Counted from the stretch's first letter, positions 25,601 to 38,030 are shown. The stretch is 64,000 bases of DNA from Scenedesmus sp. PABB004 (GCA_014905635.1 JABVCE010000034.1:62001-126000); one strand, 5' to 3'. Notes: generated by a model from the sequence alone, not told the origin. A program made the numbers and translations.

Positions 25601-27723
25601 GGGGCTCGCGGTCAGGACCTCAAGCGGGAAGTTCACGGGCGCCGCGGACGGGCACGCGTTGTTGGTCGGCAGCGTGAGGCAGGCCACGAGCGCGCCGGCG
25701 AGGGTCTCCGCGGGCACGGTGTTGTCGTTGGACGCGCCGCCCGGGACGTACGCGGGGCAGGCCGTGATGTCGCGGCACGCGGTCATCGCGTAGCCGGGCG
25801 ACGCGCGGTAGGCGACGTAGGGGCAGGCATTGTCCGCGGAGACGATGCAGCCGATGATGATGTTGCTGGCGTTGCGGATGGGCATGTCATAGGGCGGCAG
25901 GTTGCAGCTCGGCAGGGGCGGGCGGCACTCGTCGACCGCGCTCGGGCTGCCGGACCAGAAGCCAAACGGCTCGTTCGCGGGGCAGGGCGAGCCGGCGGTG
26001 AGGCACTTGACGATGGTGCCGGAGAGGGTCTTGGCCTCGACCGGGTAGGGCGCCGGGCAGGCGGTGCCCACGTCGGCGTTGGCGAGGCAGGCCTGGAGCT
26101 TGGTGCCGTTGATGGCCTGGACCGTGAAGCCGGCCTTGGTGCACAGGCACGAGTCGGTCGCCGCGTCGTACTCGCTGTTGGGCACCAGCGCGGAGCAGTT
26201 CTGCGGGGCGCGGCGCGGGGATGCGGGCGGGCGTGGCGGGTGGGCGGGGGCGCGCGCGCGGGCTGCCGCGGCGCGGCGCGCATGCCCGGCAGGCAGGCGC
26301 GGCGCGCGGCGCGCAGGCGTGCGAACGCACCTTCACGGGGGCGGGGCTCGGGCTCGGGCTGGGCACGGGCGACGGCGACGGGCTCTCCGGCACGGGGCTG
26401 GGAGAGGGCACCGGCTCGGGCGACGGCGACGGGGTCGGCGCGGGGCTCGGGCTCGCGGGACTCGGGCTCGGGCTGGGCGTCGGCGGCGCAGGGCTGGGGG
26501 CGGGCGTGCCGCACGTGCCGGCGGCGGGCACGTAGGGCATGGTGTTGGCGCCGCCCTTGCCAGCAGGGTTGAGCTTGGACGCGTCTGCGCGGCGGCGGGC
26601 GCGGGCGGGCGGGCGTCAGGCGGCAGCCCCAGGCACGCGCATGTGGAGGGCACGCGGCGCGGGCGGCGCGGGCGTGTGCGGTCGTGCGGGCGTGTGCGTG
26701 CGCGTGCGTGGGCGCCGCTCACTGTTGTACTTCAGGTCAAGGCTGCGGGAGTCGATGAGGGCACCGATCGAGGCCCAGGCGACGCGGTCCATGTTGCCGC
26801 GGCAGATGCCCTGGCGCATGGCGTCCCACATGCGGTCGCGCGTCTCGGTGGTGCTCTCGCCAAGCCAGTTGACGTTGGAGCGCCACGCGGCGTGGTTGGC
26901 GCCGTTGATCTTGATGACCTCGCAGGTCGCGGGCGGGCCGCGCACGCTGTCGACGGCGGTGGCGCCCGCGGCGGAGACTGCGGTCTTCATGTCGGCCACA
27001 GCGGCGTTGCGGACGAGGTTGGCAAAGTTGACCAGCGCGTCGTCGGAGCAGGTGCCCGTGAAGGTCAGGGCGTACTGCAGGAACTGGCGGCGCGTCGGGT
27101 CCCAGGCACCCTCGGGCGTGGCGCGCAGGGAGCGCGCCGACGCGAGCGACGCGCCGGCGAGGAGCACCAGCGCCAGGAGCGGGAGGCACCGCATGGTGGT
27201 GGCCTGCTCTGGTGGTCTCGTCGAGGTCGGAGGGTGTCGCAGGAGTACTCGCGGGCTCGGCGGCCGCGCCTGCGGGGAGGGAGGAGGGGAGCGGCGGGGC
27301 AGAAGAACGAGTGAGTCCGCGACCAACGCGCCGCGGAGGCCGGCGTGCAAGCCCAAGCGCTTCCCCTGCCCCAGGATCGGCCACACGCGCGGCGCGTGCA
27401 CAGCTGCGGCGCCCCCAGCGCGCGAAGTGCCGGGCGGGGGCTGAGGCCGGGATGCCGGCCGCCGGCGTGCGGCGCGATCGCGCTGGGGCCGACAGTACCA
27501 GCTCTGAGCGCTGGCAAGGGCGCGTGCAAGCGAACTGTTGCCAGCGCAGGGCGCGGCGCGCACGCGGGCAGCGCGGGGCGGCGCAGCAGTGATGGCCCAC
27601 CTGTCTGCTGTTCTCGGCTCGGTGTGTGTGCGGTCAGCGTCGTTGACGGCCGCAGGGTGCGCGCAGGCTAAAGTCGAGCGCTGTTGGCGGCTGCGCATGG
27701 GCGTTCGACCTAAATAGCGCCCG
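22612..27723. repeat. Tandem segmental duplication, copy B (full length)
   Basis: Near-identical to copy A in 3' flank, exon 1, intron 1 and exon 2, with more diverged similarity upstream. Confidence 0.9.
23067..27194 (-). CDS. Secreted ~1185-aa protein: N-terminal globular domain, (SP)n HRGP-like linker, long array of two-Cys repeats
   Basis: Five in-phase exons (27194-26723, 26584-26331, 26200-25460, 25312-24674, 24518-23067; GT-AG). Signal peptide, PSPSPSP linker, and recurring CPxxYP(V/F)...(L/I)xxC units. Confidence 0.85.
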
Positions 27724-27808
27724 TCGCGACCAAGCGAAGTCGTGATTGTCACTTCTGACCTGCACCCCGCCTTCAGGAAGTACCGCGGCGCTGAACCCGC
27801 CACCCGGG

Positions 27809-27859
27809 GGAAATTGGACGCTGGTTGGTCGAAAGAAAAGGAAATTGGACGCTGGTTGG
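27809..27859 (+). repeat. 20-bp direct repeat GGAAATTGGACGCTGGTTGG x2 (CCAAT on minus strand)
   Basis: Seen at 27809-27828 and 27840-27859 in an AT-richer intergenic stretch upstream of the 27194 gene. Confidence 0.7.
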
Positions 27860-28072
27860 CATTCTTAAGCGCGCGGGGCGGCGGGGAAGAACAGAAGAAC
27901 AGAAGTCGCCGACGGCGCCGACCAATCCCCACCAGCGCCGGCCGCGGCCTCGAGCCGGCGCGGGTGACGCTCGGCCCGCGGCCTCGAGCTGGGGCTGCCG
28001 CCCGGCAGCGCTCGCCACGCCGGCGGGGCTCGCCGCCCAGTCCATGGCCTCGGCCGCGCCCTCCAGCACGCG

Positions 28073-31000
28073 CTAGCGGCGGCGCCCGCGCGGGCTGTCC
28101 GCGCCGCTGGACGCGGCCGCCTTGCGCTTGGGCCGCCGCGCGGCGGGGTGGTCGGCGGCGGCCGCCGTGGCCTTGACGGCGCGCGTATCGGCCTCGCCGT
28201 CGTCGCCGGAGTCGTCCCTGCGGGCGGCGCGGCGGGGCGCGCAGCGCGCGGTGGGCGCGTGCCGCTGCCACGCACGCCGCCGCCGGTGCCGCCGCCGCGC
28301 GACCGTCGCTGCGGCGCGACCGCCCCGCTGCCGCGCCGCCGCCGCCGCTGCTGCTGCTGCGTCGCGTGCCGCCGCCGCGCCACCGCCGCTGCGGCGCTGC
28401 CGCTGGCGCGTTGGTCGTCGCGCGCACCGGCAAGAGCTGCTGGGCGCCCCGCCCTCCTCGACGAGCTCGTCGCCCGTGCGCACATAGTCTGGGGGTTGGC
28501 GGCGACGGGGCGGGACGGCAGGGAGCAGAGGTCGGCGGGCGCGGCGAGGCGGGGCGGGGCGAGGCGAGGCTCGCGCGGGCCCGGCAGCGCGCCAGCGCGG
28601 CGCGTGGCGCTCACCCTCATACGGAAAGTTGAGCTTCGCGCCCTTGCCGTCGCGGCGGATGGCGCCGCGGTCGTACGCGCGCGCCGCGGCGACCTCGTCG
28701 CCATAGTAGCCTAGGTGCTTCTTCTTGCCGGCGATGCTCATCTGCGCTTGCCAGCGCCTGGTCGCCTTGTAACGGCTGACGCCACTGCGGGGCGGCGGCG
28801 GGCGCGAGCGCGCGCGCGGGGCGCGGGGGCGAGGGCGCGGCGTCGGGCGGGCCGGGTCCCACCTGGGAGGGGGGGGTGCAGGCCCGTCGTGCGCGCGGCG
28901 GCACTGCCCGCCTCCCGCGGCCGTACGCCGGCGCGCACCAGTACTCGGAGCTGCAGTTGACGTTCTTGATCCTTGGCTTGAGCTCCACCTCAAAGGCTGG
29001 GGAGGGGGGCTCCCAGGCCTCTCCCAGCAGCTGCTGCCCGAGGTCAACGACCACCTTTCTGCGGCCGCCGCGGCCGCTGGGCTGCTGCTGTGTGGGCGGC
29101 GCGCTAAGGCTCGGCGCCAGCGTGAGCGGTGCCACGCCCGGCGCCGCCGCCGCGCCCGGCGCCGCCGCCCACTCGAACAGCGGCGCGGTGCCCGGCGCCA
29201 GCTCGCCGCGGCCGGCTGAGCCGCGCAGGCCGGCGGCCGCGCCCGGCGCCGCCGCCGGCGCGTGCTGGGGCTGCTGCTGCTCGGGCCGCGCGGCGAGGCC
29301 CGCCGCCGGCAGCCATGTGAGCTCGTGCTCGCCTGCCCCGTCGGCGTCAGCGGCGCCCGCGCGGGCGAGGCGGGCGAGCACGGCGAGGGCAGCCTCTACG
29401 GGCGGGCCGTCGGTGGCAGCCGGCCTGAGCGGAGCGGGCGCAGCGGGCGAGCCCCACTCGCCCGCGTCGCCGTCGCCCGTCGGCGCGCCGAACAGCTGTG
29501 GCCCGTCCTCCTCCATCGCAGCGCCGCCGGGCGCCGGCGCCGCCGCGGTCGTGGCCGCCGCGACGGCCGCGGCGTCGACGGCCTGGCGCTGCGCCTCAGC
29601 CTCAGCCGCGACGCGCGCGTGCGCGACAAGGTCCTGCACCAGGCCGGGCGGGTCGGCGCCCGCCTCCGCGCGGCGCCGATAGCACAGCACGTACGCGGCG
29701 CGGCTCTGGACCTGTGCGGGCCGGCGCGGGCGGCGGCGCGTCAGCGGCGGCGGGGCGGCGGCGCGAGCGGGCGCCGCGAGCGGGCGCTACGCGCGGCGCG
29801 CACCGCCTCTGGGCTGATCTCCTCGACGCGTCTGTCGTCGAAGCAGTGCCAGCGCCGGTCGCCGGGCATCTGCGCCGCCGCGGTGTAGTGCCCGCCGCCG
29901 AGGCCGCCGTAGTGGTTGCTGACCGCGTAGCAGTCGTACAGCAGCGGTTGCGCCGCCTGCGGGCCGAGCACGTAGCGCGAGAGGTCGAGGCCCTCCAGCG
30001 GAAAGTCGACCAGCGTGTCGAGCTTGTCGCGGCCCCAGCTCGTGTAGCTGAAGCGCTTGAGGTGCACGACCAGCACCTCGGGCATGCTCCAAAAGTCGAG
30101 CTTCTTCTCGGCCTGCAGGCGCGCGCGCGGGGCGGCGGCGGCGATGTGCGGCGGCGCCGGGGTCAGCGGCGCGCGACTGCGGCGTGTGAGCGCGGCGGCG
30201 TGCGCGCGAGGCCGGCGCCTGGCGGCACCCGGCGGCGGCGGCGGCGGCGCCCAGGTGCGCGCCTGCATGTGCGACTTGCACTTGGGGCAGTACCACTCGT
30301 CCGCCTCACTGAGCTGCTCGGGCTGCAGGAACGTCTCCACGCACGCCTCGAGGCCGACGCTGCGCCCGCGCGGGTCGGCGCGCGCCGCGCGGATGGCCCC
30401 CAGGCTCGCGTCAAACTCGGGCTGCTCCAGCGCGTCCAGCACGTAGTCGCCCACGACCACCACGTCGCCGCCGGGCGCGGCCGCCGGCGCGCAGCCGACG
30501 AGCGGGCCGCTGCCGGGCCCGGGCGGCGCCCAGAAGTGCGGGTCGGCGCTCGGGCCGGGCGGCGCGAGCGCCGGCGCGGGCTGCCCGTCGTCGTCGTCGC
30601 CCTGCGCCTGCAGGGCCGGCGGCGGCGCCCCCGCCGCGCCCGGCTGCTGCTGCTGCTGCCCCGGCTGCTGCTGCTGCTGCTGCTGCTGCCGCGCTACGCT
30701 GCCCTGGTCCAGCTGCTGCTGGTCCTGCTGCTGCCGCTCCACCGCCGCCGCGGCCGCCGCTGCGAGGTAGGCCTCCGCGCTGTGCGCCGCGCCGCAGCCG
30801 GCCTGCCAGTCCAGCACGAACGTGCTGTGGTGGACGTGGGGGTGGAAGTGCGACGCGCACCACGACGCCACGCTCGTGCTGCAGTCCGCCGTGTCACGCG
30901 CGAGCTTGAGCAGGTATGGCGGCCAGGCAGCGCCGCCCGGTGTGCCGGCGCCGGGCGTGCCCGCCGCGGGCGCGGCGGGCGCCGGCTGCGCCGCCCAGAG

Positions 31001-33924
31001 ATCCAGCGGCGTGACCGGCACGCCGCCGCTGCCCAGCACGCCTGCGGCGCTGCCGGCCGCGGCGCCGCCGAGCTCCGCCGCGGCGAGCGCGGCTGCCGGG
31101 TCGGCCTCGCCCTCGCTCGGGGAGCCGCCGCCGCCCGGCGCCGCCGGCTGCAGGTCCGCCAGGCCGCCCAGGTCCATGTCGCTGGCGGCGCCGCTGGCGG
31201 CGCCGCTGCCGCTGCCGTGGCTGCCCCACGAGTTGTTGTCGCCCGCCTCGCTCGCGGCGGGCGGCGCGGCGCCGCGCGGCGCCGCGCCCGCCGCTTGGCG
31301 CGAGGTGCAGCAGGGGTCGGGGCTGGGGCTGGGGTCGGGGCTGCCGGGCAGGGCCGACGCCGCCGCCATCGACACGTCCGGCGCGCCCGCCGAGCCCGCC
31401 GGCTGCGCCGCGCCCGGTGCGCACGCGGCGCCGCCGTCGCCGCCGCCGCCGCCGCAGCTCAGTGGCGCGCGCTGGCGCAGCGCGGACACCGCCAGGAAGG
31501 GCCGCAGCATGCGGCGCACGTGGCGCCACAGCGGCGCGGCGTGGCACAGCGCATACTCCTGCTGCCCGTTGGCGCTCAGCCCCGCAGGCGCGACGTGGCC
31601 CGGCTCGTACGTCTCGCTCGGCGGCAGCCACAGCAGCAGCGGCGCGCTGAACTTGTCGTTGCCGCCGCCTCCGCGCCGCTGCCCCCCGCGCCGGTGGTAC
31701 ACCACGACCTGCCGGGCGCGCCGCGAGCGGACGCGGCGTGAGCGGCGGTGGGGGCAGTGGCGGCGCGGGCAGCGTGTGCTGTCGCGCGGCACGCCGCACC
31801 TTCTGGCTGCCCTCGCCCGCCGGGCCGGCGGCGGGGTCTGCGTAGTAGTAGACCAGCAGCGCGCCGGGCGGGCTGACGCTGTGCGGCTGCAGCTCGCTCA
31901 TGCGCGCGCGCGCGTCCTCGTGCACCACGAGCGCGTAGCTCGACGTCGGGCTGCTGCTCGGCCGCGCCGCGACCATGTGCTCCTCCGGCCGCTCCAGCGC
32001 CAGGCCCGCGGCGCGCGCGAGCGCGGCGTACAGCTCACGCAGCGTGCCTGGCCGCGGCGGCGGGCGCGGCGGGCGCGGCGGCGGGCGCGCGGCGCCGGGT
32101 GAGGCGCGGGCGCGCGGCGGACGCGGCAGCGCCGCGGCCGCCTCCGCGCCGCGCCGCGCCGCGTCGCGCCGCACCGCTGTGCGGCACCTCCAGCCCGAAC
32201 TCGCGCGGCGGCGCTACGCCGTCGGCGTGCATCAGGATCGCCTCGACATGGCGCACGCGGCTCTCCGGCAGCGGGAGGCTGAGGTACATGAAGGGGTCGA
32301 GCTTGACGCTGCTGTACCCGCACCCGGGGCACACGAGCGTCGACTTGTACAGACCCTGGCGCCGCGGGGGGCGCGCGGCGCGGAGAGGCGCAGCGCGGGG
32401 CGAGCGTGGTGCCCGGCACGTGCGCCGGGCGGCGTGCACGCGGGGCGGGGCGGGGCGGATGCGGATGCGGCTGCGCGCGCGGGGCGGCGGCGGCGCACGG
32501 GCGCGCACACACCTGAAAGTGGTCCACGATGTGTGAGTCGTTGCGGGCGCGGTAGTTGGCCCACGCGCGCGCCGCGAGCTCCGCGTCGGACACACCCTCG
32601 CTGTCCGGCTCCTGCGCGCGCCGGCCGGCCACACGGCGGCGTGCGGCCGTGGGCGGCGGCGCGCAGGCGGCGCGCGGCCGCGCAGGCGCGCCCGCCGCCG
32701 CCACAGCAGCCGCCGCGGGGCCCGTGCCGTCGCAGCAGCAGTCACCTCGATGTAGGGTTTGACGTGGATTCGGTTGATGTCCTCGTGCAGGCCGTCCAGC
32801 AGGAAGGCGAGAAACTCTTGGCTGTCGTGCTGCTGGTGGCCGTCGTGGAGGATGTAGCGCTTCAGCGGCAGCAGCGCGGCGTCCAGGCCTTGGTCGTCGT
32901 CAGGCACCAGCGGCTTGACCTGGCGCCCGCGCGGATGCAGTGCGGCACGCTCAGCCGGCGTGCGCGGCGGGCTCCCGCTCGGCGAGCGCGTGCGCGCGAC
33001 CAGCAGCCGGCTGGATCCTCACCTTGCCGGTCGCGATGATGTCGGTCATGCGCTCGACCACCTGCTCCCAGCTCACGCAGAGCTGCCCGTCTCCGAGGCA
33101 CTCGCGCGGCAGGAACGAGGCGCCTGCGCCGGGTGCCAGGGGGCGCGCTCAGCCAGCGCCGCGCGCTGTGGCGGCGCGTGGCCGCGCGCGCGGCCTGGCT
33201 GCGCGCGGCGGGGCGGCGCGCGGCGGGCTCGCGCACCCGGCTTCACGCCCGCGTTCAGCAGCTCGGCGGCGCTCGTGCACCACACGCCCTCGTGCACCGT
33301 CCAGAGCGCAAGGATGCCCTCGATGCCTGCCGCCGCTGGCTGGAACGTGTAGTACACCGCCCGCGGCCGCGGCACGATGCCGCAGCTCTCGCTGAACTGC
33401 AGGCCTGTGCTCATCTGCACGAGCACAGGGTACAGGTGGCCGCTGCCGTCGCGCACGGCCAGGTCAAAGCACATGCCCGGCGTAGGCCTGTAGGGGGGCA
33501 GGCAGGCGGCGGACGGCGGCGGCGGCGGCGCGTGTTGCCACGCGGCCGCGCGCGGCGCGGCGCGGCACGGCACGGCGCGCTCACCTGAGCACAGCGACGA
33601 GGGATGAGCCCATGCCCTCAGCGGCGGCGTTGAAGCTGGACACCATGTCGTGCTCCGCGTGTTGGCTGAGCGCGTTGTGGACGGCGTAGCAGGTGACGCG
33701 ATCGACCGGTGCGCGGTTGGTGCCCCTGACCTCGCGCTGGCCCGAGTCGAGCGGATGCCTGCGAGCGTGGGCGCGCATTGAATCAGCTGCTGTGCACGCG
33801 GCGCAGCCTGCGCGGCGGCGATGGCGGCGCCGCACCCCTGGAACTGCAGCGCCATGGCTCTGGCTTTTTTGTCAGCGCGCCAGCGCCCGCCCTGGGCGCC
33901 CTGCGCCGTCGGGTAGCCCGACAT
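28073..33924 (-). CDS. Chimeric gene: PD-(D/E)XK-like N-terminal domain, ubiquitin-specific protease lacking the Cys box, C-terminal AP2 domain
   Basis: Continuous spliced frame. USP motifs [94 protein letters not shown]2 motif [19 protein letters not shown]...[32 protein letters not shown]. No GNTCF/GNTCY upstream. Alternative start at 33855. Confidence 0.8.
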
Positions 33925-34971
33925 TGCGGGCCTCAGGGCCTCAGCCCAGCTGCGGCGGGGCGGCAGGCGGGCGGTGCGGGCGCCGTGGGCGCAGCTAGCC
34001 GTCGCAGCGCGGCTCGCCCCGTGGCGGACGTTGAGGGCATGGGCTGGCCGCCGCCGCGTACGTCGCGCACCTTTCCGGCCCGCGCCACTGCCGCGCCCGT
34101 GGCAGCCCCGTCGCTTTTGTCTGCAGCGCGGCGGCCGGCGGGCGGCGGGCGTGAGCACGCGGCGCGCGCAGCAGCGGCCGCTGCTGCGGCTGCCGCGCCG
34201 CGACCGCGCGGCGCGGCCGGCCTCCAGCGCTCTTCAAAACGGCGCGTGTCATTCGCGGCGAACGCGCCGGGCGCACGGGGGCGCAGGCGCGCTCGGGAGC
34301 CGGGGGCGCGCCTGCCATCCCATCGCTGCCCGCACCTGCTCGTGTGCGCATCGATCCCAAGTCGCGCGATCACACGGCTCGCATGCTGGTAGATGGCGTG
34401 CGTGAGCGGGCCTCTGCCGCCAGCCGCGCGCCAGGCACGCAACGCGAGGGGCCGAGCTGCTCGACGAGTTCGATCCTGCGCGCGCGGTCGTCTCGGCGTG
34501 CGCCTGCGAGCGCGCCAAGGCGCGATTTCTCACCCCTGAGCGACGGGCGCCGCGGCAGGGGCGCAGCAGCGGGCGTCGCTGAGCCCCCCGCCGCGCGCCC
34601 GCCGCCGCCGCCGCCGCGCGTGGTTGCTGCCACGGCACGTCACAGGCTCGCTCGCCGGCCGGCCGTGAGCACGTTTGCAAGGCGACACTCATCGACTGGC
34701 CGCCGCCTGCACCAAGGGCCGCCCGTTGACCTGCGGGCGGCGCCGGCCGCGGCTGCAGGGCGGAGAGTGGCGGCGCGCGGGCCAGCCAGTCGTCTAGGTG
34801 GAGCTGGGCCTTCATCTGCCTCTGCCTCTGCCTCGCCGCCTCGCGACGCGGTGCTGCCCCGACAGAAGCTCTTGGCTCGTTGAGCTGCGGCCACCTCGGG
34901 CCCTAGCTTCGGCGGCGGCAGCGGCGCCGGCGGCGGCTGCAGCGCAGCGCTCCCTGCTCAGCTCGCGGGCG

Positions 34972-35527
34972 GCCGCGTACGCATGTCGCACGATGCCGAT
35001 CTGGGCCGCCGAGAGCTGGTCCAGCTGGCGGTTGAGGTGCGCCTCGTGCGCGTCCATCCAGGGCGCCGGGGAAGAAACCCAGGTCTGCAAACCCCGCCGC
35101 CGCGTCAACGAGCGCCGTGTGCGGCAGCGCGGGGAGGCCGGGGAGGATGCAGTCGGCCAGGTCCTGCGCCGCCGGCGGCGGCGCGCGGCGCGCGGCGGCG
35201 GGGTGGGTGGCGCTGCGCGCGGGCGCCTGCAGCGCGCGCCGCCGCCGCCGCGCCCCGCGCCCGCGCCGTCCCCACCTACAGCAGCCAGCAATAGCGTCGC
35301 AGCCACACCGTGGCCGCGCCGTCGCCGCCCGCCGGCAGCAGGCGCGGCAGCGCCCAGACCAGCGACGCGGCCTGCGCGGGGCTCGCGGCGCCCAGCTGCT
35401 GGTGGAAGAGCTCCAGCACGTAGCAGCTGAACGGCGCCGGCGGGCGGTGGCCCAGCTCCGCGAGGCCGACCGCGACGATGGCCAGGCCCTGCGGCGGCAT
35501 GTGCTGCAGCTGCGGCACGACGCACCT

Positions 35528-35563
<36 letters not shown>

Positions 35564-36376
35564 GGCCGCGGCTGCCGCCCCCGAGCGCGCGCGCGGCGCG
35601 CCCGGCCGACGGCGGCGCGGCGGCGCGGGCTCCGGGGCGCGGCGGGCGCCTGCGCGGCGCGCCCCCTGCCAAGCAGCCCGCCCCGCACACCGGCAGTACT
35701 CCTGCAGCCAGCCCGGCGGCGGCGCGTGCTCCCAGCAGCCCAGCGCCCAGATGATGTTGGTGAAGGGCTGGTCCCGCGCGCCGCCCGACAGCCCCGGCAG
35801 CGCGGCGCCGGCGTGGCGCACAAAGTCCTGCGCGCCGCGCGCGCGGCGCGCGCGGCAGCGACGGCGCGCGTCGCGCGGCGCCGCGCGGGCGGGCGGGCAC
35901 GCGCGCGCCGGCTGCGGCGCCGCGCCTGCAGCCAGATGCGCTTGGGCCGCACGTCCATGCGCGCGAGCGCCCACGCGAGCGTGCCGAAGCCCTGCCCCGA
36001 GAAGGAGCCAAACTTGACCTGCGAGGAGGGGCGCGCGCGGCGCCGGGCGGGGCGGCCGGTCAAGTTGAGGGCGGTGCTGAGGGCGGCGGCGGCCCGCTGC
36101 GGGGCGGCGCGCGGCCGCGCCGCCCGCGCGCGCGCCTGCGCATCGAGCAGCAGCGAGTCGAGCACGGCGGCCGGCAGCTGCAGCTGCAGCATCGCCGCCG
36201 CCCACACGACGCTGCACAGCTCCGGCGGCTGCAGCGCGAGCAGCTGCCCCGGCAAGTGCGCGACGTACGCGGCCAGCCACGGCGCCGGCGGCGCGCCCCA
36301 CTTGGCAAACACCCACAGCGCGTTGGCGGTCTCGACGTTGTTCAGGCTCGGCAGCCGCGCGTGGCTATCGGCCGCA
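34972..36376 (-). pseudogene. Intron-retaining partial duplicate of the OPR gene (source ~7768-9189)
   Basis: Near-identical to the OPR gene including introns. 2-nt deletion at ~35064 (frameshift in FFPGAPW) and 3-nt deletion at ~36288. Lacks both the 5' part and the native 3' end. Confidence 0.85.
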
Positions 36377-38030
36377 GAACTCATAGTCTCTGCGGGACGG
36401 CGGCTCCAGCGGCTAGAGCCGCCGCTGGTCCTCCGCGGCGACCACTCAACTGCACGCGCGCGTTCGGCGCGCAGCTCCGCGTTGGCCTGCAGCGGGGGGG
36501 GGGGGGGGGGGGGGGGGGGACGCGGCGCGTCGAGCTGGCACGGCACGGGGCCGGTCGCACCTGATGGTATGCGCGCATACCAGGCGCGCGCTGCGCGCCG
36601 CCGCGGCTCCAGCCGGCGACCATGCTGCCGCCGCCGCCGGCCGCCGCACGAGCAGCGGTCCATGAGAAGCGTGAGGCACCGCATGTAGCTGGTGACGTCG
36701 AATGGGGGCTGGTAAAGAGCCCTTGGGAGGCTCGGGCACGCCTCCGACGACGACTGGCTCGCCGCGTTTGCGGCCGAGAGCCACGCCCGGAGGGAACGGG
36801 CGGTCCGGGGCGCACGCCGCTGCACTCGTCCCCGCTGGACGCCCTGCGGTGCACGGCATCCCTGGGCTGACACAAGCGGCGGGCGAGTGCAGGGGCAGTG
36901 CTACGGCAGGGCTTAGGGTTGCCCGGCCCCGGGTCGCGCGTACAGCCGCGCGACCCTAACGCTCGCCCGCTCAGCAGCTCCGCCAACCCAACGCCGGTTG
37001 GTCACGCGCGCCAGCGCGAGGCCACCACGCCGCCGCGCGGCCAGGCGGCCGACCGGCGCGCGGAAAACGCCCGGCGCCGCCCGGGCGCGCATCTCTGGCG
37101 GGAGCGGCGCCGCGCATGGACCACGTACAACGATACCTAGGCTTACATTGCGCTGGCTGCCCAGCCGCGCGGCTGGGCGGGGGCGCGCCGCCGGCCATCA
37201 GCAGCAGGACCAACGCGCGCTAATATGCGACGCGGGCCGGCTCTGATGCCTCGCTCCGCACGGGAGAGCTGCAGGCTTTGCACCGGCCCGCGCGGCGCGG
37301 CCACGCGGTCCGGCGCCGGTGCCGCGGCGGTGCCGCCGGCAGCGCAGCTGCTGCCAGGTCCACGTGCCCGCGGCGGCGCACTGCAGCGCCGCTGCAGGCC
37401 TCGCGCTTGGCGGGGAGGCATCAGGGGTGGCCACTGCGCAAGACTGTGGCCGCGGTGGCCGGCTGTGACGGTACCCGCGGCCTCGACGCGCTGCCGCAGC
37501 GGCTCGCTGCCGCCGCAGCGGCAATAGAGTGTTGGGCCTCGCCGCCGTGATGCTGTCACGGCGCAGGCGCGGGCTGCCCAGAGAGCCTACGATGGAGGAG
37601 CAGCAGCAGTGAAACGACGCCGCGCCCGCATGTCAAGGGCGCCGCGCGGGCAACACGGGCGCCGCCCGCGGACGCGTCGGGCGGCGCGCGGGGCGCCCAG
37701 CGCGCGCGCGCGTGGGGCGGCGGCTTGCGGCGGGCTCGCCCCAGCCTCCACGCACTCGGTGCAGGCCGCCGTCGCCTCCCGCGTGCGAGCTGACGCCCCG
37801 CCGCCGCGGTTCGCTTGCCACAAGCGCCTGTTCGCCGCCGCTTCCAGCGCGGGGTCAGCCGGGCTCCCCCGGCGCCGCGGCCGCTCCCAGGCCCGACTTA
37901 CGGATAATCTCGACCGCCGGACCCGCGCGGCAGCCTTCCGGGCACGCGGCGAGCCGTTGCGCGCATCGGTCTGCCCGCCCGTCCGTCTGCGCGGCGCGGC
38001 AAGCGTGAGTGCACCCCACTGCACCCCACC

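Noticed and set aside
37143..37559. Possible small minus-strand gene or remnant (TGTAA at 37147-37143)
   Set aside because: No recognisable domain or consistent exon structure.
27900..37600. Autonomous transposon or Helitron explaining the chimeric island
   Set aside because: No transposase, Rep/helicase or RT motifs, and no convincing TIR, TSD or hairpin-CTAG end found by eye.
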